A stretch of DNA of 64,000 nucleotides from an uncultured Actinomycetota bacterium (lineage in GTDB: Bacteria > Actinomycetota > Actinomycetes > JACCUZ01). The DNA lies in NCBI GenBank assembly GCA_963762865.1, contig CAVXNC010000001.1, positions 47,787 to 111,786 of the forward strand, in the 5' to 3' direction. Numbering within the stretch: the first letter of the stretch is position 1; each line of letters begins with the position of its first letter. The notes under the pieces are model-generated. The model was not told where the DNA came from and made no database searches. It worked only from the letters and a program-made list of their open reading frames with translations. This document shows positions 19,084 through 27,247 of the stretch, in pieces. Made by a program: the position numbers and the translations under genes.

Positions 19084-19290
19084 TCAGGCGCCGCTGTCCG
19101 CGCCACCATCGGCACCACTGTCAGCGCCGCCATCGGCACCGCCGTCCGCGCCACCGTCGGCGCCACCATCGGCGCCACCATCGGCACCGCCGTCGGCGCC
19201 ACCATCGGCACCGCCGTCCGAGCCGGTGCCGGCACCTCCGTCAGCGGGGCCGTGCTCCTCAGGGGTCGTGGTCATGTCGTCGTCGAGCAT
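19084..19290 (-). CDS. small acidic repeat protein, (DGGA)n
   Basis: 68 aa: MLDDDMTTTPEEHGPADGGAGTGSDGGADGGADGGADGGADGGADGGADGGADGGADSGADGGADSGA. A GGAGGG ribosome-binding site lies 6 nt upstream of the ATG. The stop is 10 nt upstream of the JmjC gene start. It is encoded by a 12-bp tandem repeat. Confidence 0.35.
   Translation of the reverse strand: MLDDDMTTTPEEHGPADGGAGTGSDGGADGGADGGADGGADGGADGGADGGADGGADSGADGGADSGA
19099..19236. repeat. 12-bp tandem repeat, about 11 units (gccrccatcggc-type), the coding repeat of the (DGGA)n ORF
   Basis: The stretch ...gccaccatcggcaccgccgtcggcgccaccatcggcgccaccatcggcaccgccgtc... has a 12-nt period with no spacers. It is not CRISPR-like. Confidence 0.6.
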
Positions 19291-19380
19291 GCGTTCCCTC
19301 CGTCTCGTCGTGCTGTCGTCCTGCAGGGATGGTGCTGTGATCGTCCTACCCGACGGACCTGGGAGAAACCAGGGCGCCCC

Positions 19381-20751
19381 TCAGCCGGCCGCGAGGAAGC
19401 TGAGCAGGTCCTGGCGGGTGAGCACGCCCGCCGGCTTGCCGTCCTCGTGGACGAGCAGTGCGTCGGACTTCTCGAGCGCTGCGATGGCGGCCGTGACCGG
19501 CTCGCCGGCGCCGACGATCGGCAACGGCTCCGACATGTGCCGCTCCACCGGGTCGGCCAGGTGGGCCCGTCCGCTGAAGAGCGCGTCCAGCAGCTCCTTC
19601 TCGATGACCGACCCGACCACTTCACCTGCTGTCACCGGCGGCTCGGCCTTGACGACGGGCATCTGCGAGACGGCGTACTCGCGCAGGATGTCGATCGCCT
19701 CGCGCACGGTCTCGTACGGGTGGACGTGCACCAGGCTCGGCACGTCCTCGCCCTTGCGCCGCATCACCTCGCCGACCGTCACCCCGCCGGCGGCGTCCTC
19801 GACGAAGCCGTAGTCCGCCATCCAGTCGTCGCTGAAGATCTTGCCGAGGTAGCCACGGCCGCCGTCGGGCAGCAGGACCACGACGACGTCGTCGGCGCTG
19901 GAGCGCTCGGCGACCTTCAGGGCGGCGACGACGGCCATCCCGCAGGAGCCGCCGACCAGCAGCCCCTCCTCGCGGGCCAGCCGCCGGGTCATGACGAAGG
20001 ACTCGCGGTCCGACACGGCCACGATCTCGTCGGCGACGTCCCGGTCGTAGGCGTCCGGCCAGAAGTCCTCGCCGACACCCTCGACGAGGTAGGGACGCCC
20101 GGTGCCGCCGGAGTAGACCGATCCTTCCGGGTCGGCCCCGATGACCTGCACGCGGCCCTCGCTGACCTCCTTGAGGTAGCGCCCGGTGCCGCTGATGGTG
20201 CCGCCCGTGCCGACGCCGGCCACGAAGTGCGTGATCCGGCCGTCGGTCTGCGTCCACAGCTCGGGTCCGGTGGTCTCGTAGTGCGAGCGCGGGTTGTCGG
20301 GGTTGCTGTACTGGTCGGGCTTCCAGGCGCCGTCGATCTCACGGACCAGCCGGTCGCTGACGGAGTAGTACGAGCGCGGGTCCTCGGGCGCCACGGCGGT
20401 GGGACACACCTCGACTCGCGCGCCGTACGCCGTCAGGACGTTGATCTTGTCCTGGGACACCTTGTCGGGCAGCACGAAGACGCACTGGTAGCCACGCCGC
20501 TGGGCGACGAGCGCCAGGCCGACGCCGGTGTTGCCGGAGGTGGGCTCGACGATCGTGCCGCCCGGACGGAGCGCGCCCGACTTCTCGGCGGACTCCACCA
20601 TCCGCAGCGCGATCCGGTCCTTCACCGAGCCGCCGGGGTTGAAGTACTCCACCTTGGCCAGCACGGTGGCCGGCACGTCGGCGGCGACAGAGGACAGCTT
20701 GACCAGCGGGGTGTTGCCGACCAGGTCGACCACCGACTCGTAGTACTGCAT
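19381..20751 (-). CDS. cbs: cystathionine beta-synthase (PLP domain plus C-terminal CBS pair)
   Basis: 456 aa from MQYYESVVDLVGNTPLVKL. It has the PLP-lysine motif NPGGSVKDR, the GTGGTISG loop, and two C-terminal CBS motifs. Confidence 0.85.
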   Translation of the reverse strand: MQYYESVVDLVGNTPLVKLSSVAADVPATVLAKVEYFNPGGSVKDRIALRMVESAEKSGALRPGGTIVEPTSGNTGVGLALVAQRRGYQCVFVLPDKVSQDKINVLTAYGARVEVCPTAVAPEDPRSYYSVSDRLVREIDGAWKPDQYSNPDNPRSHYETTGPELWTQTDGRITHFVAGVGTGGTISGTGRYLKEVSEGRVQVIGADPEGSVYSGGTGRPYLVEGVGEDFWPDAYDRDVADEIVAVSDRESFVMTRRLAREEGLLVGGSCGMAVVAALKVAERSSADDVVVVLLPDGGRGYLGKIFSDDWMADYGFVEDAAGGVTVGEVMRRKGEDVPSLVHVHPYETVREAIDILREYAVSQMPVVKAEPPVTAGEVVGSVIEKELLDALFSGRAHLADPVERHMSEPLPIVGAGEPVTAAIAALEKSDALLVHEDGKPAGVLTRQDLLSFLAAG

Positions 20752-20836
20752 GGCGCGAAGCCTAGGACCAGGCACATCACGCCAGCTCAGCCGCCGCCCT
20801 ACGCTGCCGACGCCCCGGGTCCGCTAGATTCCGACG

Positions 20837-21559
20837 GTGGCCAGCAGCCCTGCCGTGCAGCTCGCGCCCGGCGTGTGGCGCATCGCCACCGCGCCGCGAG
20901 ACCTGGTCAGCTCCTTCGCCTTCGTCGAGGACGACGGGCAGGTCACGCTGGTGGACGCCGGGACCAAGCGGGCGCTGCGCCGGCTGCTCGCCGGCCTGGC
21001 CCACATGAACGTCTCCCCGTCGGACGTCACCAGGATCATCGCCACCCACGCGCACCCCGACCACGTCGGCGGCCTGTCGGCCATGCGCGGCCGCACCGGC
21101 GCGTCGGTCGCCGTGCACGAGCGCGACGCGGCGTACGTCCGCGAGGGCAAGGGACCGGTGCTCGACCGCTCGACGCTCGGCGGCCGTCTGCGACGGCACA
21201 ACTCCGGGAGCACACCGACGCCCGTCGACGCCGAGCTCACCGACGGCGAGGTCCTCGACGTCGCCGGCGGCCTCCGGGTGCTGCACACACCCGGTCACAC
21301 CCCCGGCCACGTGTCGCTGCTGCACGAGCCGACGCGAGTCCTGGTGACCGGGGACTCGATCTGGAACATGCGCGGCCGGATGACCTGGTCGGTGCCGATG
21401 TTCTGCACGGACGCGGCGATGGCCAAGGAGACGGCACACGTCCTGGGCGAGGTCGACTACGAGGTGGCGGCCTTCACCCACGGACCGGAGATCCGGGACG
21501 GCGCGCGCGAGGCAGTGCGAGGCTTCCTGCGGCACAAGCTGGCGGCGGACCGCGCGTGA
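20837..21559 (+). CDS. MBL-fold metallo-hydrolase
   Basis: 240 aa. It has HAHPDHVGG (the HxHxDH motif) and later TPGHTPGH. Confidence 0.8.
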   Translation: MASSPAVQLAPGVWRIATAPRDLVSSFAFVEDDGQVTLVDAGTKRALRRLLAGLAHMNVSPSDVTRIIATHAHPDHVGGLSAMRGRTGASVAVHERDAAYVREGKGPVLDRSTLGGRLRRHNSGSTPTPVDAELTDGEVLDVAGGLRVLHTPGHTPGHVSLLHEPTRVLVTGDSIWNMRGRMTWSVPMFCTDAAMAKETAHVLGEVDYEVAAFTHGPEIRDGAREAVRGFLRHKLAADRA

Positions 21560-22575
21560 CGAAGGCACGGGTGGCGCGCCGGATCGCGATGGCGGCGGCG
21601 TACGGGGGCGGAGGCCTCGGCGTGCTGTCCGCGGGCGCCTTCGGGCTGATCCGCGCAGAGGCAGCGCTGGCGCGGCGCGCGATCGGGGAGCCGACCGGCG
21701 AGCCCCCGTCGGCCGCCGGCCTCTACGGTGCGCACCACGAGGCCGAGCCGATCACGCTGGCCCTGCTGGGCGACTCGAGCGCCGCCGGTCTCGGAGTGGC
21801 CATCCCCCACCAGGCGCCCGGCGCGATGCTGGCCGCGGGGCTCGCGGAGTGTGCCGACCGGCCGGTCCGGCTGGTCTGCCCGGCCGTGGTCGGCGCGAAG
21901 AGCAGCGACCTCGCGGTCCAGGTCGACGCCGTCGCGGAGGACGCCCCGGACGTCGCGGTCATCATGATCGGCGCCAACGACGTCACCCACCGGGTCAAGC
22001 CGCCCACGGCCGTGCGCCACCTCGACCACGCCGTGCGGGCGCTGCGCGAGCTCGGCGCGGAGGTCGTCGTCGGGACCTGTCCCGACCTCGGCACGGTGGA
22101 GCCCGTCGCCCAGCCGCTGCGCTGGATCGCCCGCCGGTCCAGCCGGCAGCTCGCCGCCGCCCAGACCATCGTCGTCGTCGAGGCCGGCGGCCGGACGGTG
22201 TCGCTCGGCGACATCCTCGGCCCGGAGTTCGCGTCGTCGCCGAAGGAGATGTTCGGACCGGACCGCTTCCACCCCTCGCCGGCCGGCTACGCCAGCGCGG
22301 CCGCCGCGCTGCTCCCGTCGGTGTGCGCATCGCTCGACGTCTGGTTCGGCGAGGAGGCCGAGCGGGTGCCGGACCTGACCCGCGGTGAGGGCGTACGCCC
22401 GATCGCCCTGGCCGCCGTCGAGGCAGCCGACGAGCCGGGCACCGAGGTCGCGGGCGCCCAGGTCGGCGGGCGCGACCGGGGGCCGCGCGGCCGCTGGGCC
22501 CTCCTGCGCCATCGCCCCGGCCGCGGCGGGCAGCAGGTCCTGTCCTCCGCGGAGTCGGACGACCCGCTGCGCTAG
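21556..22575 (+). CDS. SGNH/GDSL-family hydrolase (lipase/acylhydrolase-like)
   Basis: The GTG start overlaps the MBL gene stop as GTGA. It has LALLGDSSAAG (the GDS block), IMIGANDV (block III) and DRFHPSPAGY (the DxxH block V). Confidence 0.7.
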   Translation: MTKARVARRIAMAAAYGGGGLGVLSAGAFGLIRAEAALARRAIGEPTGEPPSAAGLYGAHHEAEPITLALLGDSSAAGLGVAIPHQAPGAMLAAGLAECADRPVRLVCPAVVGAKSSDLAVQVDAVAEDAPDVAVIMIGANDVTHRVKPPTAVRHLDHAVRALRELGAEVVVGTCPDLGTVEPVAQPLRWIARRSSRQLAAAQTIVVVEAGGRTVSLGDILGPEFASSPKEMFGPDRFHPSPAGYASAAAALLPSVCASLDVWFGEEAERVPDLTRGEGVRPIALAAVEAADEPGTEVAGAQVGGRDRGPRGRWALLRHRPGRGGQQVLSSAESDDPLR

Positions 22576-22659
22576 CAGGTTGGTTAGACTTGCGTTGTTA
22601 CCGGCCAGTAGGTCCGGGCGGCGAGCGCCCGGCCGGCCCAGGTCTGTCAGGAGGACCTC

Positions 22660-23883
22660 GTGCCCGAGGCAGTCATCGTCGCCACGGCACGCACGCCGAT
22701 CGGGCGCGCGTTCAAGGGATCCCTCAAGGACGTCCGCCCGGACGACCTGGCCACCACGATCGTGCAGGCCGTCCTGGACAAGGTGCCGTCGCTCGACCCG
22801 GCGACGCTGGACGACCTGATGCTCGGCTGTGCGGAGCCGGAGGCCAAGCAGGGCGTCAACATGGCCCGCCGGGTCGCGGTCGCGCTGGGCCACGACTCGC
22901 TGCCCGGCACGACCGTCAACCGGTTCTGCGCCTCGTCGGTGCAGACCTCGCGAATGGCGTTCCACGCCATCAAGGCCGGTGAGGGCCACGCCTTCGTCTC
23001 GGCGGGTGTGGAGTGCGTCTCGCAGTACCCCGCGTTCACCGGCGCCGGCGCCGGTCGCGAGGAGTTCCTCAACCCGCTCTTCGACGAGGCCCGTGCGCGC
23101 ACCGACGCCACCGCGAAGAGCAACCAGGCATGGCACGACCCGCGCACCGACGGGCTGCTCCCCGACGTCTACATCTCGATGGGGCAGACCGCCGAGAACC
23201 TCGCCACGTCGATGGGCATCACCCGTGCCGACCAGGACGAGTTCGGCGTGCGGTCGCAGAACCTCGCCGAGAAGGCCATCGCCGACGGCTTCTTCGAGCG
23301 CGAGATCACCGCGGTGACGACGCCGGACGGCACGGTGGTGTCACGGGACGACGGCCCGCGCGCGGGCGTGACCCTGGACGGCGTCGCCGGCCTGCAGCCG
23401 GTCTTCCGCGAGCTGGGCACCGTCACCGCGGGCAACTGCTGCCCGCTCAACGACGGCGCGGCCGCGGTCGTGATCATGTCGGACACCCGAGCCGCCGAGC
23501 TCGGCATCACCCCGCTGGCCCGGATCGTCTCGACCGGCGTGTCCGGCCTGTCCCCCGAGGTCATGGGCCTCGGCCCGGTCGAGGCCTCGCGGCGGGCGCT
23601 CGCCCTGGCCGGCCTGACCATCGACGACATCGACCTGGTCGAGATCAACGAGGCCTTCGCCGCCCAGGTCATCCCGTCCTACCGCGAGCTCGGCATCGAC
23701 GTCGACCGGCTCAACGTCAACGGCGGCGCCATCGCCCTGGGTCACCCCTTCGGCTCCACCGGCGCACGCATCACCACCACGCTGCTCAACGGCCTGCAGT
23801 CGCGGGACAAGGAGCTCGGGCTGGAGACCATGTGCGTCGGCGGGGGTCAGGGCATGGCAATGGTCGTCCAGCGCCTCAGCTGA
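22660..23883 (+). CDS. fadA: acetyl-CoA C-acetyltransferase (thiolase)
   Basis: 407 aa with a GTG start. The active-site Cys is in NRFCASS. The C-terminus has NVNGGAIALGHPFGSTGARI and CVGGGQG thiolase signatures. An AGGAGG ribosome-binding site lies upstream. Confidence 0.9.
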   Translation: MPEAVIVATARTPIGRAFKGSLKDVRPDDLATTIVQAVLDKVPSLDPATLDDLMLGCAEPEAKQGVNMARRVAVALGHDSLPGTTVNRFCASSVQTSRMAFHAIKAGEGHAFVSAGVECVSQYPAFTGAGAGREEFLNPLFDEARARTDATAKSNQAWHDPRTDGLLPDVYISMGQTAENLATSMGITRADQDEFGVRSQNLAEKAIADGFFEREITAVTTPDGTVVSRDDGPRAGVTLDGVAGLQPVFRELGTVTAGNCCPLNDGAAAVVIMSDTRAAELGITPLARIVSTGVSGLSPEVMGLGPVEASRRALALAGLTIDDIDLVEINEAFAAQVIPSYRELGIDVDRLNVNGGAIALGHPFGSTGARITTTLLNGLQSRDKELGLETMCVGGGQGMAMVVQRLS

Positions 23884-23910
23884 TCCCTGCCCCCGCCAGC
23901 CGGGGTCAGG

Positions 23911-24504
23911 TCAGAGGCGACGGCGTACGTCCGCCAGCGCCCGGCCCGCGTCCCGCACACCCTGCTCCGCCGCGGACGGCAGGCCCGCCACGGCCAGCGC
24001 GGCGAGCAGGTCGTGGCCGGTGACGGCCACCTGGTCACCGACGGCCAGGTCGGGCAGCACGGGCAGGGTGCGGCGCTCGGGGGCTACCGCCCCGGAGCTC
24101 GAGCCGGCCGCCTCGAGGTCCGCGGCCGCGTCGGCCAGCAGCTGGGCGGCGGCCCGCCCGGCCGCGGCCCGGGACGCGTGGTCCGGCCCGCCGTCCGGGG
24201 ACGGACCAGGCGGTGCGGCCAGACGGGTCGCCGACAGGGTCCGCAGCCGCTCGCTGACCCGCCGCACGTCGGCCGCCAGCTCGTCACGGAACGCGGCCAG
24301 GTCCGGCGGGCGCGGGGGCGGCAGCTGGTCCGGCACGCCGGCGAGCGTAGCCGCCGGGGAGTTGGCGACCCGGGGTTGTGGAGCCGCCGGACGTACGGCA
24401 GGCTCGTGACATGGACCGCTGATCGGCACACTGGAGGCGCCAGATGTCCCTGAACCACTCCGAGGCCACGCACCAGCAGCTGCTCGACCGGGTGCCAACG
24501 GCAA
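23911..24504 (-). CDS. hypothetical Ala-rich protein
   Basis: 197-aa ORF with no recognisable domain. It overlaps the 5' end of the divergent DUF4287 gene. Its start is uncertain. Confidence 0.25.
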   Translation of the reverse strand: MPLAPGRAAAGAWPRSGSGTSGASSVPISGPCHEPAVRPAAPQPRVANSPAATLAGVPDQLPPPRPPDLAAFRDELAADVRRVSERLRTLSATRLAAPPGPSPDGGPDHASRAAAGRAAAQLLADAAADLEAAGSSSGAVAPERRTLPVLPDLAVGDQVAVTGHDLLAALAVAGLPSAAEQGVRDAGRALADVRRRL

Positions 24505-24674
24505 CCGGTCGTGACCTCCCCCAGTGGTTCGAGACCCTCGAGAACGGCCCTGGCCTGCTGCGGTTCGAGGAGCGCGTCAACTGGCTGCGCGACGAGCACG
24601 GCATCTCCCACGGACACGCGTCGGCGATCGTGCACGAGCACGACCTGCGGCGCGGCGCCCGGCGGCACGCCTGA
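24444..24674 (+). CDS. DUF4287 domain protein
   Basis: 76 aa. LPQWFETLE...VNWLRDEHGISHGHASAIVHEH matches the DUF4287 pattern (...W...G.GHGHA.A.V). Confidence 0.6.
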   Translation: MSLNHSEATHQQLLDRVPTATGRDLPQWFETLENGPGLLRFEERVNWLRDEHGISHGHASAIVHEHDLRRGARRHA

Positions 24675-25078
24675 CCCCCGAGGCAGCTCGGGACTTCCTG
24701 CGCGCCAACCACCGCGCCGTCCTCGCGACGTTCCGCTCCGACGGCCGCCCGCAGCTCTCCCCGGTCGGTGCCGGCGTCGACGCCGCGGGCCGGGTCATCG
24801 TCTCCACACCCGGGACGACCGCGAAGGCCCGCAACCTGCGGCGGGACCCGCGCGTCAGCGTCTGTGCCTTCAGCGACGGCTTCTACGGCGGCTGGGTCCA
24901 GGTCGAGGGGACCGCGGAGATCGTCGAGCAGCCCGAGTCGGTCGAGCTGCTCGTCGACTACTACCGGCGGCTGGCCGGCGAGCACCCCGACTGGGACGAG
25001 TTCCGGACCGCGATGGTCGACGAGGGCCGTGTCCTGGTCCGCTTCGCTATCGAGCGCTGCTCCGGGCTGCTCGCCTAG
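24524..25078 (+). CDS. PPOX-class (pyridoxamine-5'-phosphate-oxidase-like) probable F420-dependent enzyme; start unresolved
   Basis: The conserved core begins LTPEAARDFLRANHRAVLATFRSDGRPQLSPV...NLRRDPRVSVC at about 24671, immediately after the DUF4287 stop. The only upstream canonical start in frame, ATG 24524, would overlap DUF4287 by 150 nt. Confidence 0.6.
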   Translation: MVRDPRERPWPAAVRGARQLAARRARHLPRTRVGDRARARPAARRPAARLTPEAARDFLRANHRAVLATFRSDGRPQLSPVGAGVDAAGRVIVSTPGTTAKARNLRRDPRVSVCAFSDGFYGGWVQVEGTAEIVEQPESVELLVDYYRRLAGEHPDWDEFRTAMVDEGRVLVRFAIERCSGLLA

Positions 25079-25162
25079 TCGCCGAGGCGGCCGCCGGTAC
25101 GACGACGAAGGCCGCCACCCGGTGCGGGTGACGGCCTTCGTGACGTACGGCGCTGGAGCCGG

Positions 25163-25945
25163 TCAGTCGCCGCGCAGGGCGGCGATCAGCCGCAGGAACT
25201 CGATGTAGAGCCAGACCAGGGTGACGACCAGGCCGAAGGCCGCGAGCCACGAATAGCGCTCGGGGAGTCCGTTCTTGACACCCTGCTCGGCGAAGTCGAA
25301 GTCCAGGATCAGCATGGCCGCAGCGATGGTGATCGCGATCAGGCCGATGAAGATGCCCATCGGTCCGCCGCGGAGGTCGTTGCCGGTGAAGAGCACGACC
25401 CCGAGGTTGACCAGGCTGAAGACCAGGTAGCCGCCGAGGGCGATCAGGACCCCGCGCTGGAACTTCGGGGTGGCGCGCACCCGGCCGCTCTTGTAGGCCC
25501 CCAGCGCCACCGCGAAGACCGCCAGCGTGCCCAGCACCGCCTGGGCGACGATGCCGTCGTAGAAGTCCTCGTAGACCCCGCTGATGCCGCCGACGAAGAG
25601 GCCCTCGAGCGCGGCGTAGCTGAGCATCAGAGCCGGGTTGGTCGACTGCTTGAACGAGATGATCAGAGCGACGACCAGGCCGGCGATCGCACCGCCGAAG
25701 GTGAGCGCGGGGTTCTTCAGGAAGAAGTTCACCGCCGCGAAGGGCACCAGCACGGCGAACATCAGACCGGTCTTGATGACGACGTCGTCCATCGTCATCC
25801 GGCCGGTTTGCACTCCGGTCGCCGTTGGGGCGTTGTACATCTCCTCGAGCGCGCCGGCGGAGGCCGTCGGCGTCTCGTTGAAGGTGGCGTAGCCGCGTCG
25901 TGAGAACGCGTCGCTACGGCCGAAGACCGGATTCCGGCTCTCCAT
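25163..25945 (-). CDS. Bax inhibitor-1/YccA family membrane protein
   Basis: 260 aa from MESRNPVFG, with 7 hydrophobic segments. It shows the BI-1-type layout of an N-terminal soluble region followed by a transmembrane core. Confidence 0.8.
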   Translation of the reverse strand: MESRNPVFGRSDAFSRRGYATFNETPTASAGALEEMYNAPTATGVQTGRMTMDDVVIKTGLMFAVLVPFAAVNFFLKNPALTFGGAIAGLVVALIISFKQSTNPALMLSYAALEGLFVGGISGVYEDFYDGIVAQAVLGTLAVFAVALGAYKSGRVRATPKFQRGVLIALGGYLVFSLVNLGVVLFTGNDLRGGPMGIFIGLIAITIAAAMLILDFDFAEQGVKNGLPERYSWLAAFGLVVTLVWLYIEFLRLIAALRGD

Positions 25946-26080
25946 GAGAAGTCCCTCCAAGGGCTTCTGGCCACGCAGTGGTGGCATGTCTCGTCCGACC
26001 ACCATAACGGCGCGGCGGGCCCGCCCGTTCCCGGAACCCCTGCCCGAGATGCCCGATGTCACCCGATCGCCCGGCACCCG

Positions 26081-26159
26081 TCGCCGGCGCTGGTGCCCCC
26101 GGTGGGAGTCGAACCCACATATGACCCCGCTTTTAAGGCGGGCGCCTCGGCCAGTTGGG
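26081..26159 (-). tRNA. tRNA gene, hand-folded anticodon UAA, with an atypical class-I length
   Basis: The reverse complement is GCCCCTGTAGCCCAACTGGCCGAGGCGCCCGCCTTAAAAGCGGGGTCATATGTGGGTTCGACTCCCACCGGGGGCACCA. It has a 7-bp acceptor stem, a T-arm GTGGG/TTCGACT/CCCAC, and an encoded CCA. The anticodon stem CCCGC/GCGGG holds the loop CTTAAAA, giving UAA. The variable region is only about 7 nt, whereas canonical tRNA-Leu is class II with a long variable arm. Confidence 0.55.
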
Positions 26160-26197
26160 CTACAGGGGCGGCGGGACCGCCACGTCGAGGGTAGTGC

Positions 26198-26731
26198 TCA
26201 GAGGTAGACGCGGCGGGCGTGCAACGCATGCGCGCCGGCAACCCGGTCGAGGAAGAGCAGCCCGTCGAGGTGGTCGACCTCGTGCTGGACTGCGCGCGCC
26301 TCGAACGCGTCGGTCTCCAGGCGTACCGGGGCGCCGCTCCCGGGCGCCATGCCGACCACGACGAGGCGGGTCGCCCGCTTCACGTCGCCGGTGAGGTCCG
26401 GCACCGACAGGCAGCCCTCGCGACCACGCTCCCAGCGGGTCGCCGACTCGACGACCGGGTTGACCAGGACGAGCGTTCCGTGGCTGGTCCGTGCCTTGGG
26501 GTGGCCGGTGACGTCGAGGGAGAACACCCGCGCGCCCACGCCGATCTGGGGTGCCGCCAGGCCGACGCAGCCCGGCGACGACCGCTGGGTCGCGAGCAGG
26601 TCGGCGGCCAGCGTCACCACCTCCGGTGACCTCGGGTCGACCTCGACCGCGGGCCGCCCGAGGCCGGGCGCCGGCGCGCGCACGACCGGCCGGACCCGGC
26701 CCTCCGGGAGCTCCGGGCCGGGGCCGCTCAC
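26198..26731 (-). CDS. def: peptide deformylase
   Basis: It has motif I GLAAPQIG, motif II EGCLS and motif III QHEVDHLDG. Confidence 0.85.
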   Translation of the reverse strand: MSGPGPELPEGRVRPVVRAPAPGLGRPAVEVDPRSPEVVTLAADLLATQRSSPGCVGLAAPQIGVGARVFSLDVTGHPKARTSHGTLVLVNPVVESATRWERGREGCLSVPDLTGDVKRATRLVVVGMAPGSGAPVRLETDAFEARAVQHEVDHLDGLLFLDRVAGAHALHARRVYL

Positions 26732-27246
26732 AGCAGGTCGGGCTCGAGCGGGCGCAGGGACACCTGCACCCCCAGCTCGTCGCCCACTGCCCGCAGCCGG
26801 CCGGTCAGGCCGCCGGCATCCGCGCCGGGCGGCAGGTCGACCTCGGCCACCAGGACGTAGAGGTCGCCGGTGAGGCGCGTCGTGAGGTCGGTGATGTTGC
26901 CGCCCGAGGCGGCCACCTCCGCCGTGACCGCCGACACGATCCCGGGCCGGTCGCCGCCGTGGACCGAGAGCAGGTAGCCGGGCCCGGCCGTGTCCGCGAG
27001 CGCCTCGACGGGGACCTGGCGGACCGTCACCGCCAGGGTCCCGTCGGCGGTGAGCGGCGTGAGCGCAGCCTCCACCTCGGCCGGCGCCGCGTCGGCGGAG
27101 GCGACCAGCACCATCGCGAAGTGCCCCCGGAGGCGGGTCATAGACGAGTCCTCGAGGTTGGCCCCCAGCGCGGCGAGCAGGCCGGTGGCCTCGGCGATGA
27201 TCCCCGGCCGGTCGTGCCCGACGACGGTGACCGCCAGCAGGGCCAC
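26728..27246 (-). CDS. ACT-domain protein (GcvR-like tandem ACT)
   Basis: 172 aa from a GTG start. It has two ACT-like repeats, VTVVGHDRPGIIAEATGLLAALGANL and LSVHGGDRPGIVSAVTAEVAASGGNI. Its ends overlap the flanking genes by 4 nt each. Confidence 0.6.
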   Translation of the reverse strand: MALLAVTVVGHDRPGIIAEATGLLAALGANLEDSSMTRLRGHFAMVLVASADAAPAEVEAALTPLTADGTLAVTVRQVPVEALADTAGPGYLLSVHGGDRPGIVSAVTAEVAASGGNITDLTTRLTGDLYVLVAEVDLPPGADAGGLTGRLRAVGDELGVQVSLRPLEPDLL

Positions 27247-27247
27247 G

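Noticed and set aside
19099-19236. A possible CRISPR array, suggested by the regular short repeats
   Set aside because: The period is 12 bp and the units are contiguous with no unique spacers. There are no cas genes. The repeat is in frame with a small ORF.
18827-19813. Plus-strand ORF encoding (APPS)n repeats
   Set aside because: It is the mirror reading of the 12-bp tandem repeat. It overlaps the cupin gene and the CBS gene on the other strand, and has no ribosome-binding site. The minus-strand (DGGA)n ORF has an SD and fits the intergenic gap.
17089-22575. A 1828-aa plus-strand ORF, and similar giant ORFs at 10865..15088 (+), 39957..42692 (+) and 2636..4495 (+), plus the upstream two-thirds of 1470..4565 (-)
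   Set aside because: They run antisense to, or out of frame with, well-supported genes: the cupin, CBS, mfd, metB and FIST genes. Their products are Arg/Gly/Pro-rich low-complexity strings. In a ~70% GC genome, stop-free noise frames like these are expected. Only the conserved-domain portions are real (SGNH hydrolase 21556..22575, DDAH 14237..15088, ilvA 1470..2684).
22614-22632. The hairpin CCGGGCG-gcgag-CGCCCGG downstream of the SGNH gene as a terminator
   Set aside because: It has a 7-bp stem, no U-tract, and lies only 28 nt before the thiolase ribosome-binding site and start. It may be a weak terminator or an mRNA structure. The evidence is insufficient either way.
26081-26159. Calling the tRNA simply tRNA-Leu(TAA)
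   Set aside because: The anticodon reads UAA, but the molecule lacks the long variable arm obligatory for bacterial tRNA-Leu. Its identity is left open pending tRNAscan-SE.
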